Shown here: one piece after another, positions 53,667 to 64,000 of the stretch
How positions within the stretch are numbered: the stretch's first letter is position 1
Layout of the letters: each line of letters begins with the position of its first letter
Origin: Octopus sinensis
Lineage: Eukaryota
DNA: 64,000 bases
Reading direction: 5' to 3'
NCBI RefSeq assembly: GCF_006345805.1
Contig: NC_042999.1
Span: forward strand, 50,778,001 to 50,842,000
Notes under the pieces: model-generated
Told to the model about the DNA's origin: nothing
The model's database searches: none
The model's input: only the letters and a program-made list of their open reading frames with translations
Position numbers and translations under genes: made by a program

Positions 53667-54409
53667 CTGGACATAAAAGAAAGAACAAACAACAAAATGA
53701 AAAGAAGTGACACACACATCAACAGGAACTGGAATAGAGACTATTCAATGAATAACAGCCACTGTAAAGTGGTTGGTATTAGGAAGGGTATCCAGCCATA
53801 GAAACCATACCAAAGCAAACAGTGGAGCATGATGCAGTCTTGGGCACACTGGATTCTTGTTAAACTGTCCAACACATGCTAGCATGAAACGTAGATGTTA
53901 AATGATGATGATGATGATGATGATGTTGATACTGGATAAAGTCCAACCCCTCCTCAAAGCAGTTGGTTGGTGTAAATGGGCAGTGTCAGAGCTATACCAT
54001 CGGGAACTTCGGTTCTTGGTAGGGCCACCCAAGGTGGATTGGTCTGGCACCGAGCGGTATTAGGACTGCAGCCTGGCCAACGGGGCTCTGGTGAAAATTC
54101 CAAGAGTGTCTGATCGGCAACTGGCAGCTTCAAGGTCGTTCTGTCCATGCATCTGTGGAAACTCCACGGCAAACAGGGTATCCTGTCACTCGGGATATGC
54201 ATGCAGGATGTCGGGGACCACTTGTGAATTCAATATTCCCATGAAATTTCTTCTATGAATCCTACTATTATGCCGTCAGGACCAGAGAAGAAGCTGGCTC
54301 AACCTGCTCTGGGTGAATGCCGTCACAAGTACAAGTAAGTAAACAAAAGTATGATATCTAACTCTGATATACAATTAAAAAAAAAATGGATCTGATAATG
54401 TCAGCTTAC

Positions 54410-54536
54410 TTTGACTCATATTTAGGCCCTCTAATGTAGTGAGACATATCAAGTAGCAAGCTTCTTCCAACGTGATCAATCTGCTGCTGTTCTGCCCCTG
54501 ACCTACCAAATTGGTCCTCATGTATTTGAGGTCTTC
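54410..54536 (-). CDS. Candidate 127-nt exon, EDLKYMRTNLVGQGQNSSRLITLEEACYLICLTTLEGLNMSQ
   Basis: Acceptor gacattccag, donor AAA|gtaagc; fully open, phase 0 to 1, compatible with both neighbours. Confidence 0.5.
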
Positions 54537-54890
54537 CTGGAATGTCTAGTGGCAGGTGTTTGGAGGTTATTTTCCTTCTTTGTTTTTTTTTTGTTTTTGT
54601 TTTCTTTCTTCCAATAACCATGTTATGGTATTTTTTTTGCATGCCATGTAGCTTGTACGTGTAGCAGGTACAAAAGTGACCTGACTTGTCTGCAATTGTT
54701 CTACCAACAGTTCTGCATGTCAATGAAACATGGAGAATATTGGCAAAGGTGACCAGTCTTTGAAAGATCCTCAAAGTCACATGGCATGATAGAATTATGA
54801 AGGAGCAAATCCTTCAGTGAAGCGAGTCCCAGGAACTGCAAAATGGTTTCAGCTACATATGTCTAATAGCATCAGCTATATCTGTCTTAC

Positions 54891-54915
54891 TTCTACAAGG
54901 AATGACACCATTTTA
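54891..54915 (-). CDS. Candidate 25-nt microexon (phase 2 to 0), KMVSFLVE
   Basis: Acceptor ttattttcatctctag, donor GAA|gtaaga; joins in frame to exon 54410-54536. Confidence 0.45.
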
Positions 54916-55339
54916 CTAGAGATGAAAATAAGATTTAAGAACTAGGAGTACACTAAGTCCATGATGCTGAATTTGGGTAGCTGCCATAATTACTCTGCTC
55001 ACATTACTCTGAGCTGAAAAAATGGAGAAGCATCATTGCCTGCATACCTTCCACTAATTTCCATCACAGCATTTTATCAGTTAAAGTCAGTTAAATGTGT
55101 AGAAAGAATTCATCATCATCATCATCATCATTATCATCATATAGTGTTTGCTTAGTTGTGTGTCAGGCTTTCAAACAAATTGGCTACCTGCCTGACCTGT
55201 ACTCTCTGGGACCTAGCCTTGCCTGGTGATTTTCAACAGCTTTCTTAGGCAGTTCGTGGATGCTCTATGTCTAAATGAAAGACAGAATAGTCATGACTCA
55301 TATACTACTGATCATAGCTCTACTCAGTCGCAATAGAGA

Positions 55340-56017
55340 CAGCAACAAGAAGAACTGCTGCTGCTACCACCACCACCATCACTACTACTACTGTTACCAT
55401 TACCACTACGACTACTACTACCACCACCATCACCACCATCACCACCACTACCACCACAACCACCACCACTACTACTACCACCACAACCACCACCACTACT
55501 GCTACCACCACCACCACCACCACCACTACTACTATGACTACTACCATTACCACCACTACTACTATGACTACTACCACCACCACTACAACTACAACTACCA
55601 CCACCACCACCACTACTACTACCACCACCACCATCATTACTACTACTAACTACTATTACTACTACCACCACCACCACCACCACCACCACTACTACTAGAA
55701 TTTCAGGACTTAAGAAGACCATGGGCTTTGCACTCATTGACTAATGAATAAAAATCTACACATGATCTCTTCTTCATAAACATACTATCAAACTCATATA
55801 CACTCACTAGAATACATATAGAAATTTCTAAGTAGATTTGACTACAGTATTAAAAAACTATAGATAAAGATCAATATCTAATCAGCAGTATAGAATGGCT
55901 TAGCTAACATTTATTTCCTAAGTCATGTTCATCCTATGATAATAATAATTAGATAAATGGAACTAACCAGTCATTATCTAAAATGGCATCTGGTTTTAAA
56001 CCACTAGGGAATGATGT

Positions 56018-56063
<46 letters not shown>

Positions 56064-56470
56064 GATGATCGTTGTCGTCATCCACTAGCACCACCCCTGC
56101 CACCACAACCACTAACCCCCATCTCCACATGTATTCACATGCACCCTCATGTCCCACATGTATCTCCATCCCTACAAACATTCCCTATCATCATCATCAT
56201 CAGCTTCTTCATCGTCATCATCATCATCGTTGTGGTCATCCTCCTCCTCCTCATCATCATCATCATCGTCATGAAAATCAACATCAATATTAAAGTCATC
56301 ATTGTTATTATCATCAGTAACAGCAGAACCTTCAGTATCAAAGACGTTCTCACCCCTCTTCCTCCTTCTCCTCCTCCTCCTCATCATCATCACCATATGT
56401 TCTTAGATGTTAGTGTATCACAGACCAATTTCATTAAAGAATAGTAATAACAATAATAATAATATTAATA

Positions 56471-56508
<38 letters not shown>

Positions 56509-56578
56509 GATAATAATAATAAAAATAATAATAATAAAAATAATGATAATAATAACAATGATAATAATAACAATAATA

Positions 56579-56615
<37 letters not shown>

Positions 56616-56648
56616 TAATGATAAAAATGATGATGATAATAATAATAA

Positions 56649-56680
<32 letters not shown>

Positions 56681-56712
56681 TAATAACAATAAAAACAATG
56701 ATGATAATGATG

Positions 56713-56773
<61 letters not shown>

Positions 56774-56790
56774 TGATGATAACAACAACA
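55340..56790. repeat. Cluster of trinucleotide microsatellites (ACC/ACT, GAT/CAT, AAT)
   Basis: Direct reading; accounts for the poly-H/Y/V/I/N/D ORFs. Confidence 0.97.
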
Positions 56791-59049
56791 CAGTATTCTG
56801 ACCAATGACGTATGTTAACCTACTTCATGTAGAACACCAAAAGGATGGTAGCTGTGGTGGTGGCAGTGAGGTAGGCAGTTCAAATAAAGAAGATTATTAA
56901 ATTGCCAACACTCTAATTAGACTATATAATATATTATGCTATTTGCAACATTAAATTCTACTAGATATGATAATGAATGAACTTGCATCATCATTACATG
57001 CCCTTAATACAGGGGAAAATGCAGTGGTTCAGAGTATGTACGCAGTATTCTTGAATCTAATACGTATATAATTCACAAGCAGTTTAATCTAATGGTATAC
57101 ATGTTTGCAAAGAATTAGAACCTTCCGTTATTAAAATGTTGATGAAGATTGTGAATTAGCAGAATGGTTAGAGAATCAGACAAAATGTTTGTGGTGTTTG
57201 CAGAGGTTCTTTATATTTTGAGCTCAAATCTCACCAGGGTCAAGTTTCGATTTTTGTTCTGCCAAAGTCAACAGCATAAAGTATCAGTGAACTACTGAGG
57301 TGACATTACCACCTAACTACCCTCCTCCCAAACATTTTGGGTCCTGTGTCTATATTCCAAGCAGTTATTCTAGGGTTGATCTGGATGAGCCAATAAGGGA
57401 GCTTCTAGGGAGCATCTACACTGACAAAGATTCAGACAAGGTTTTTAGGGGCTGCATCCCAAGGACTGCCTGCCAGAGATTAAGCTAAAAGTTATTTCAT
57501 GTATGAATATTGCATCAGAATATAAGTACTCTTAAATATATATAGATCGGTGCCCCAACATGGCCTCAGTCTGATGGCTGAAACAAGTAAAAGATAATAT
57601 ATATAAATATAGAGAAAATAAAACAGGCACTCTGTCAGTTATGACGACGAGGGTTCCAGTTGATCCAATCAGCAGAACGGCCTGCTTGTGAAATTAACAT
57701 GCAAATAGTTGAGCACTCCACATGTGCACATGCATGTAACACAGTTCTCAAGGAGATTCAATGTGACACAGAATGTGACAAGGCTGGCCCTTTGAAATAC
57801 AGTTACTACTCACTTTTGGTTACTGAGGGGACTGGAGCAGCATGGCATAAAATGTTTTGCACAAGAATATAATGCACCACCTGTAATTGAACTCAGGACC
57901 TTATGATCATAAACTGAATACCCTAACCATTAAGCCATCTGCCTTCATACATATATATTATGGACCCTCCTTATATTAAATGAAGGATGAGGGGTCTGTA
58001 ATTTCTTTATAATGACTAAATGTTTTGTGTTTACATACACTCGCCCTCTCCATCAAATCAATATTGCCTGCACAAGTGTGCCACACATCAAATGTTGAAA
58101 TGATCACATAGCAAGGTGAAATGAAGAGTCTTGCTCAACACCACAACATGCCATCTAGTCTGGGAATCAAACCCACAATCTAGCAACTGTGAGTGCAACA
58201 CCCTAACCACAAGACCATGTGCATATATACATACTTACATACTCTCACCCACACTCTTGCTACCTTTACTTACTTGACCCACCCCTAATCTCCCTATTGC
58301 TTATCCATTCATCCCTCTCCTATCTACTGAAGTATTCTGCTGCTCATTACCAACATCTTTATCTCCCTTTCCAGCTCCAACAATCGACTCCCACCTATCC
58401 ATACATAATGTGGAATAGCCACGAATCTTCTCCATGGAACAGACCTGTCCCTTCACTCCTATCAGACTTTAACTTCTTCAAAACCTCAAATAAAGCTACA
58501 TCTCTGTGTTTACTGTTCACATTATCTGTTGATGGATTGCTTTAAGTGACAATGTTAGCGTTATTACAAGGTGACAACGCTAGCGTTATTACCATAAAAA
58601 AAGCACCGAGTACACTCTGTAAAGTGTTTGGGATTAGTTTTAGGAAGGGTATACAACCATAGCAAAAATTCTGTCTCAACAAATTTTGTTTGACCCATGC
58701 AATCATGGAAGAGTGGAATTAACCCTTTTGTTACCAACCCAGATGAAACTGACTCTGGCTCTGAGTACAGATGTCTTGTTTTCATAAGTTGTGAATTAAA
58801 ATCTTCCATCAAACCTTCGTCACAGTTTATGTTCCTAACACTAGCTTAATGATAACTAAGTTATTTTACTAAATTTTTAGTTATATTTGAAGTAATTGAA
58901 AGAAACACAAAGCATCTCAAAACAAATACAGTAACGAAAGGGTTAAATGATGATGGTGATGATGAGGATATATAGTAAACATAGTATTGCATAAATAAAC
59001 ATTGTGTTGTATAATAATAATAATAATGAAATTATTGTATACAGTCAAA

Positions 59050-59390
59050 AGTGCGTATAAAGCATATGCAGTAATGTACAAATGTCTGGAAAGCGAACAG
59101 TGTATGAGTTAGATACATGCTTGCGTGTGTATGGAGGGGAGAAAATCAGGTGTAGTGTTGGCGAATCTCAGGAAGTATGGAAGTTTTGAAGGATGCAGTG
59201 CTCCGACAACTAACAACTGATGCCGGCAGTCTGTTCCATGCTTCAGCAACTCTTAGCGTGAAAAAATATTTCCAAAAGTCATGGGAGCTGTGCTGTTTTC
59301 TGACTTTGTAAACATGTCCATGGGTGTTAGACAGGTGGAGTTTGAAGAGGTGCTCAAAGTTATTGCTTGTAAGATGGTTGACCTCACAGT
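59050..59390 (-). mobile_element. CR1-clade LINE 3' end
   Basis: NTHGHVYKVRKQHSSHDF.KYFFTLRVAEAWNRLPASVVSCRSTASFK matches CR1 C-termini. Confidence 0.85.
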
Positions 59391-60482
59391 ATTTATGTTT
59401 TAGAAATTTACAAAATCTTAATCCAGCTCTGCTTCTACACAGTCACTCAACCCTTTAAAAATAGAAACCAATTCATCCTTCTATCTTAAAGGGGAAAACA
59501 ACACACTGGATAATGTAGTCTTGGTACACTCTTCATAAAATAGAGAAGGAAGAGAGATGGTCATACCTTACATGCTTTTAATTATAGGTAGACTTGATCT
59601 GAATGGAATAGCAGCTAAAAACAACCACAAATCTACACTCGTCATTGGACACCAAACCTTAGCAAACCAAGATTATATATGTTTACATAATATTTTCTAA
59701 TTAGTTCAATGCTTGAGAAAATTAAGTCACTTTGATTTAATTTTGGCAGATAATTCAATGGAAGCAAAAATCCCAAGATCCTGATTATTTTTCAAATGAT
59801 GTATTGTTATTGCTTGCTGGTGATCATTGCAAAAGACCATGCAAAACCAAGGTAGTTTGAATGAAATATCTCATAAAAGTTATGACTGCTAAGCTGAAAA
59901 AATGTTGGATCATTATGAAAATAAATTTATTACATGCCATGGGTGTCTTTACAAATAGTCACTTGATGTTTAGGAGCTATAATCCATATATTTGATCTCC
60001 CAATTCAGGATCATGAAGTGTATCATTATTTGATCAAAGTATTGATGACTCATTCACTGGAATCGGTGCATGGCTCAGTGGTTAGAGCATTGGGCTCAGT
60101 CTTGTAGCAGTAAGCTCAATTCCTGGACCAGGCTGTGTGTTGTGTTCATGAGCAAAACACTTTATTTTCACATTGCTCCAGTTCACTCAGCTGTAGAAAT
60201 GAACTGTGACATCACTGGTGCCAAGCTGAATCACCCTTTACCTTTCTCTTGGATAACATCAGTGACATGGAGAGGGGAGGTTGGTATGCATGGGCAACTG
60301 CTGGTCTTCCAAAAACAACCTTGCCCAGATGTATGCCTTGGAGGGTAACTTTTTAGGTGCGATCCCACGGCCATTCATGACCAAAGGGAATTCTTACCCT
60401 TTAGCTTTTTTTATTATTTAAATGCTTCTTCTTTTATATTCCAAACATAAACAGACATTGAGTAATATTGTTGTTTCCTTAC

Positions 60483-60580
60483 TGTACTATCTTTGCAAGT
60501 TACAATTTTAATAATCCCTGCATTAAATTTAGAATTTCTAACATAACAATTTTTTTTAGAAGATGACATCACTGAATTAC
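60483..60580 (-). pseudogene. Candidate exon; phase 0 to 2 reading VIQ*CHLLKKIVMLEILNLMQGLLKL*LAKIV has two stops
   Basis: Donor ACA|gtaagg, weaker acceptor ctacttag; end phase matches the 54915 microexon. A different frame (GNSVMSS...KDST) is open. Confidence 0.25.
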
Positions 60581-61445
60581 CTAAGTAGATGTTTGTCATT
60601 CTTTTACATCGATTTTTGTACTCTTTTGATGGTTTCAATCATTGGACTGTGACCATGCAAGGGCATTGCCTTTAACCCTTCATTGGTCACCTGATCTTTC
60701 TGAACACAGTTAGTCACATGAGGTACTTACACACCCCAATATAAAAAATGTTCATAGTTTTAGTATTACGTAAAATATACCCATCCTGTTGGTTCAGAAT
60801 ATATCTGCAATCATTACTGAGAAATTTGAAACTCTTGTAGCTGATTGATATTAATGTAAAACAATGCAAGAAAATAAATTATGATGATATATATCAAAGG
60901 CTTCCACACAGTTTCTGTCTATTTGAATGCCACTCACAGGTTACTGGTCAACCCAAGACTACCAGGTAAGTCATTTGCTCAAGGTGCTACAAAAGAATTC
61001 AATTGTTGCAAAGTGAGCACTTTAGCCTCAGCTTCGATCAGAATAAAACGTCTTCAACTCTTTTACTACCAATCTTTCTAAAACTGTTGTTGTTTTTGGT
61101 TTTTTCCTTAAACAAAGCAACCCATTGAAATTTTTGTGCTTTAATTAGAATCTTTTATAATTCTATGCAGGATCTTTTTAAGTTCCTTTAAAGTTATATT
61201 TCAAACACCAGCTTTATGGTGGCAAAATTAGTTATTTTACTAAATTCCTCCAAATTCTTGATTATTGTCGAAGTTAATTAAAACAGAATGCCACATACAT
61301 GCCTGTGTAGGTAAGAAGGATGCATTGCAACCTCAAGGTTTGGCATTCAGTTCCACTATGTGACATCATGAGCAATTAACATCAACTATGCCTTGTGAAA
61401 TTTACTTGAGGGAATCTGCACAAAAGTCTATCGTGTGCGAGTGTC

Positions 61446-61477
<32 letters not shown>

Positions 61478-61604
61478 CATGTGTGTGCATGCATATATAC
61501 GTTCATAAATTAGCAGTTTGATGAATAGAGATTGGGGTCAATATAGTCAAATTAATCAGAGTTAACCCTGAAAGGCAGTATCCCAGAGAGCTTCAGTTCA
61601 ATTA

Positions 61605-61820
61605 CTCTTTTACTCTTTTACTTGTTTCAGTCATTTGACTGTGGCCATGCTGGAGCACCACCTTTTAGTCGAGCAAATCGACCTCAGGACTTATTCTTTG
61701 TAAGCCTAGTACTTATTCTATTGGTCTTTTTTGCTGAACCGCTAAGTTACAGGGACGTAAACACACCAGCATCAGTTGTCAAGCGATGTTGGCAGGACAA
61801 ACACAGACACACAAACATAT

Positions 61821-61875
<55 letters not shown>

Positions 61876-62042
61876 TACGACAGGCTTCTTTCAGTTTCCA
61901 TCTACCAAATCCACTCACAAGGCTTTGGTCGGCCCGAGGCTATAGTAGAAGACACTTGCCCAAGGTGCCACGCAGTGGGACTGAACCCGGAACCATGTGG
62001 TTGGTAAGCAAGCTACTAACCACACAGCCACTCCTACGCCTA
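61605..62042 (-). mobile_element. SINE family A, near full-length copy
   Basis: Reverse complement of the 8879-9300 element, with (TACTCTTT) tail and internal (TA)n. Confidence 0.92.
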
Positions 62043-62689
62043 TGAAACTATTAACATAATTATTTCAAATTCTAGCATAAGACCAGCAATTTTAGAGGGA
62101 GTGGGTTAGTTGAGTACATTGACCCCAGTACTTGACTTGTACTTTATTATATCTATCTCCTATCGCAAGACATCTATTTCTGCTTCTCTGTTTCTCTATC
62201 ACACTTTAATCTTTCATCATCTGATACCAGATCACCTCCTCCAATGCCTGCTCTGTTATGGCAAGACACCTGTTTCTACCTCTCTGTCTCTCTCTGTCAC
62301 ACTACCCTTTCATCCTCTGACACAAGCACCCCTCCGCAAATGCCCTTGCTTCTCTCATAATTCCTTGTTTTGCGAGTTACTTGGTGACCCTGCCACTGCC
62401 GGTGCCACTTAAAAAGCATCCAGTTCACACTGTATAGTGGTTGGCATTTGGAAAGACATCTAGCTGTAAAATTCATGCCAAAACTAACCTCACCCGTGCT
62501 AGTACCACATAAAAAGCACTGAGTCCATTCTGCAGAATGGTTAGTGTTAGGAAAGGCATCCAGCTGTAAAAACCCTGTCAAAGCAGACAAAGTAGCCTAG
62601 GGTAGTTTTCTGCCTGGCCGGCCCTTGTCAACCGTCCTACCCATGCATGCATGGAAGACAGACATTAAATGATGATGATAATCCCCAAA

Positions 62690-63432
62690 ATGATGAAAGG
62701 TAAAGTCAACCTTGGCAGAATTTGAAATCAGAATGTAAAGAGCTGAAAGAAATAGCACTAAGCATTTTGTCTGACATGCTAATGATTCAGCCAGTTCACC
62801 GTCTTAGAAACCATTAAAATAATGATTTCAAATTTTGGCACAAGGCCAGCAATTTTTGGGGTAGTGAGTAATTCGATTACATCAGCCCTAGTCCTTGACT
62901 GGCATTTATTTTATTGCCCTGATAGGATGAAAGGCAAAGTCGACCTCGGCAGAATTAGAACACAGAATGTAAAGATGGACAAAACACTGCTTAACATCTT
63001 ACCCTTTGGGCTAAGGACTCTTATTTCTTTATTGCCCACAAGGGGCTAAACATAGAGGGGACAAACAAGAACAGACAAACGGATTAAGTCGATTACATCA
63101 ACCCCAGTGTGTAACTGGTACTTAATTTATCGACCCCAAGAGGATGAAAGGCAAAGTCGACCAAGGTGGAATTTGAACTCAGAATGTAACAGCAGATGAA
63201 ATGCCTATTTCTTTACTACCCACAAGGGGCTAAACACAGAGAGGACAAACAAGGACAGACAAACGGGTTAAGTCGATTATATCGACCCCAGTGCATAACT
63301 GGTACTTATTTAATCGACCCCTAAAGGGTGAAAGGCAAAGTCGACCTTGGTGGAATTTGAACTCAGAACGGAGCAGCAGACAAAATGCCACTAAGCATTT
63401 CGCCGGGCGTGCTAACGTTTCTGCCAGCTCGA
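62690..63432 (-). mobile_element. Head-to-tail multimer of SINE family B
   Basis: Successive units starting atttctttattgcccacaagggg and atttctttactacccacaagggg; a similar array lies at 37485-37935. Confidence 0.88.
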
Positions 63433-63449
63433 CACCTTTCAAACCATTA

Positions 63450-63914
63450 AAATAAAACATATAATGAACTTCATTATAAATTTGATAATGAAATGGTTAA
63501 TCAGCTGCAGTAAAGTCAACTGAAAATAATGGTGCATTTTGTATAGGATAGGTATTGTGTTAAGATATGCTTTGATGAGTAAATTCTCAGTTTTTATCAA
63601 GTATTGATATATCTCATTATACAAAATTAAACTATTAAACAAAATATGTATTTTCACTTCAAATATGAATTTTTAAAATGTGTAAAAGTTCTACTGCTGA
63701 TGAAACAATATTTTGTTCAACACTTCTGCAGCAAAATTTTGATAATATCAGTGAAAGTCTATTGTTAAAAGAATTTAATGGTCACAATCATCTACATTAA
63801 TCCCCACATGTTGCAATACATTATAAAATAGCTATAATATTTCGGCAGTGAGGTGGGTTATGATTCATCATGTTCTGAGTCATTTCTTATTGGGAGCCAC
63901 TGGTATTAAAATGG
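63450..63914 (-). pseudogene. Possible large decayed exon (IITHLTAEIL*LFYNVLQHVG / PLNSFNNRLSLILSKFCCRSVEQNIVSSAVELLHILKIHI)
   Basis: Acceptor gtaccttttag at 63915; non-repetitive sequence with protein-like stretches in shifting frames; no clear donor. Confidence 0.2.
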
Positions 63915-64000
63915 CTAAAAGGTACTTTATTTATAAAAGTGCAGTTAAGCAGTTCACTTTGCAACAATGGCATCCTGGATTTAACCCTTTCGCTACTGTA

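Noticed and set aside
55275-56808. Poly-His/Tyr/Val/Gly/Asn ORFs resembling low-complexity structural proteins
   Set aside because: Pure trinucleotide repeats, open in several frames on both strands.
60483-63914. Resemblance of CHLLKKIV and LTAEILQLF to the ATR kinase N-terminus
   Set aside because: The motifs are in the opposite order to ATR, are short, and no kinase-domain exons were found; no gene symbol assigned.

Overview
AT-rich eukaryotic genomic DNA, very probably from an octopus (inferred from the SINE families, RTE tails and extreme microsatellite load). Most of the window is repeats: at least three tRNA-derived SINE families, a very common RTE-tail repeat, decayed RTE, CR1 and Penelope retroelement fragments, a Gypsy remnant (LTR, PBS, gag, protease), mariner/maT and hAT remnants, minisatellites and long microsatellites. 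Most ORFs in the supplied track are microsatellite or transposon artefacts. No intact recognisable host gene, rRNA, tRNA or CRISPR array was found. The main non-repeat signal is about 20 exon-like segments with canonical AG/GT ends on the minus strand, spread over the whole window and including 9-25 nt microexons. Three groups splice into phase-consistent open frames, while others carry in-frame stops, so this may be a decayed or orphan multi-exon gene, or a spliced lncRNA. Other notable signals are a 52-bp minisatellite packed with STAT and NF-kB-type motifs, Penelope-type minimal hammerhead ribozyme relics, and several long fold-back (dsRNA-forming) structures. Everything was read by eye; most repeat boundaries are approximate.
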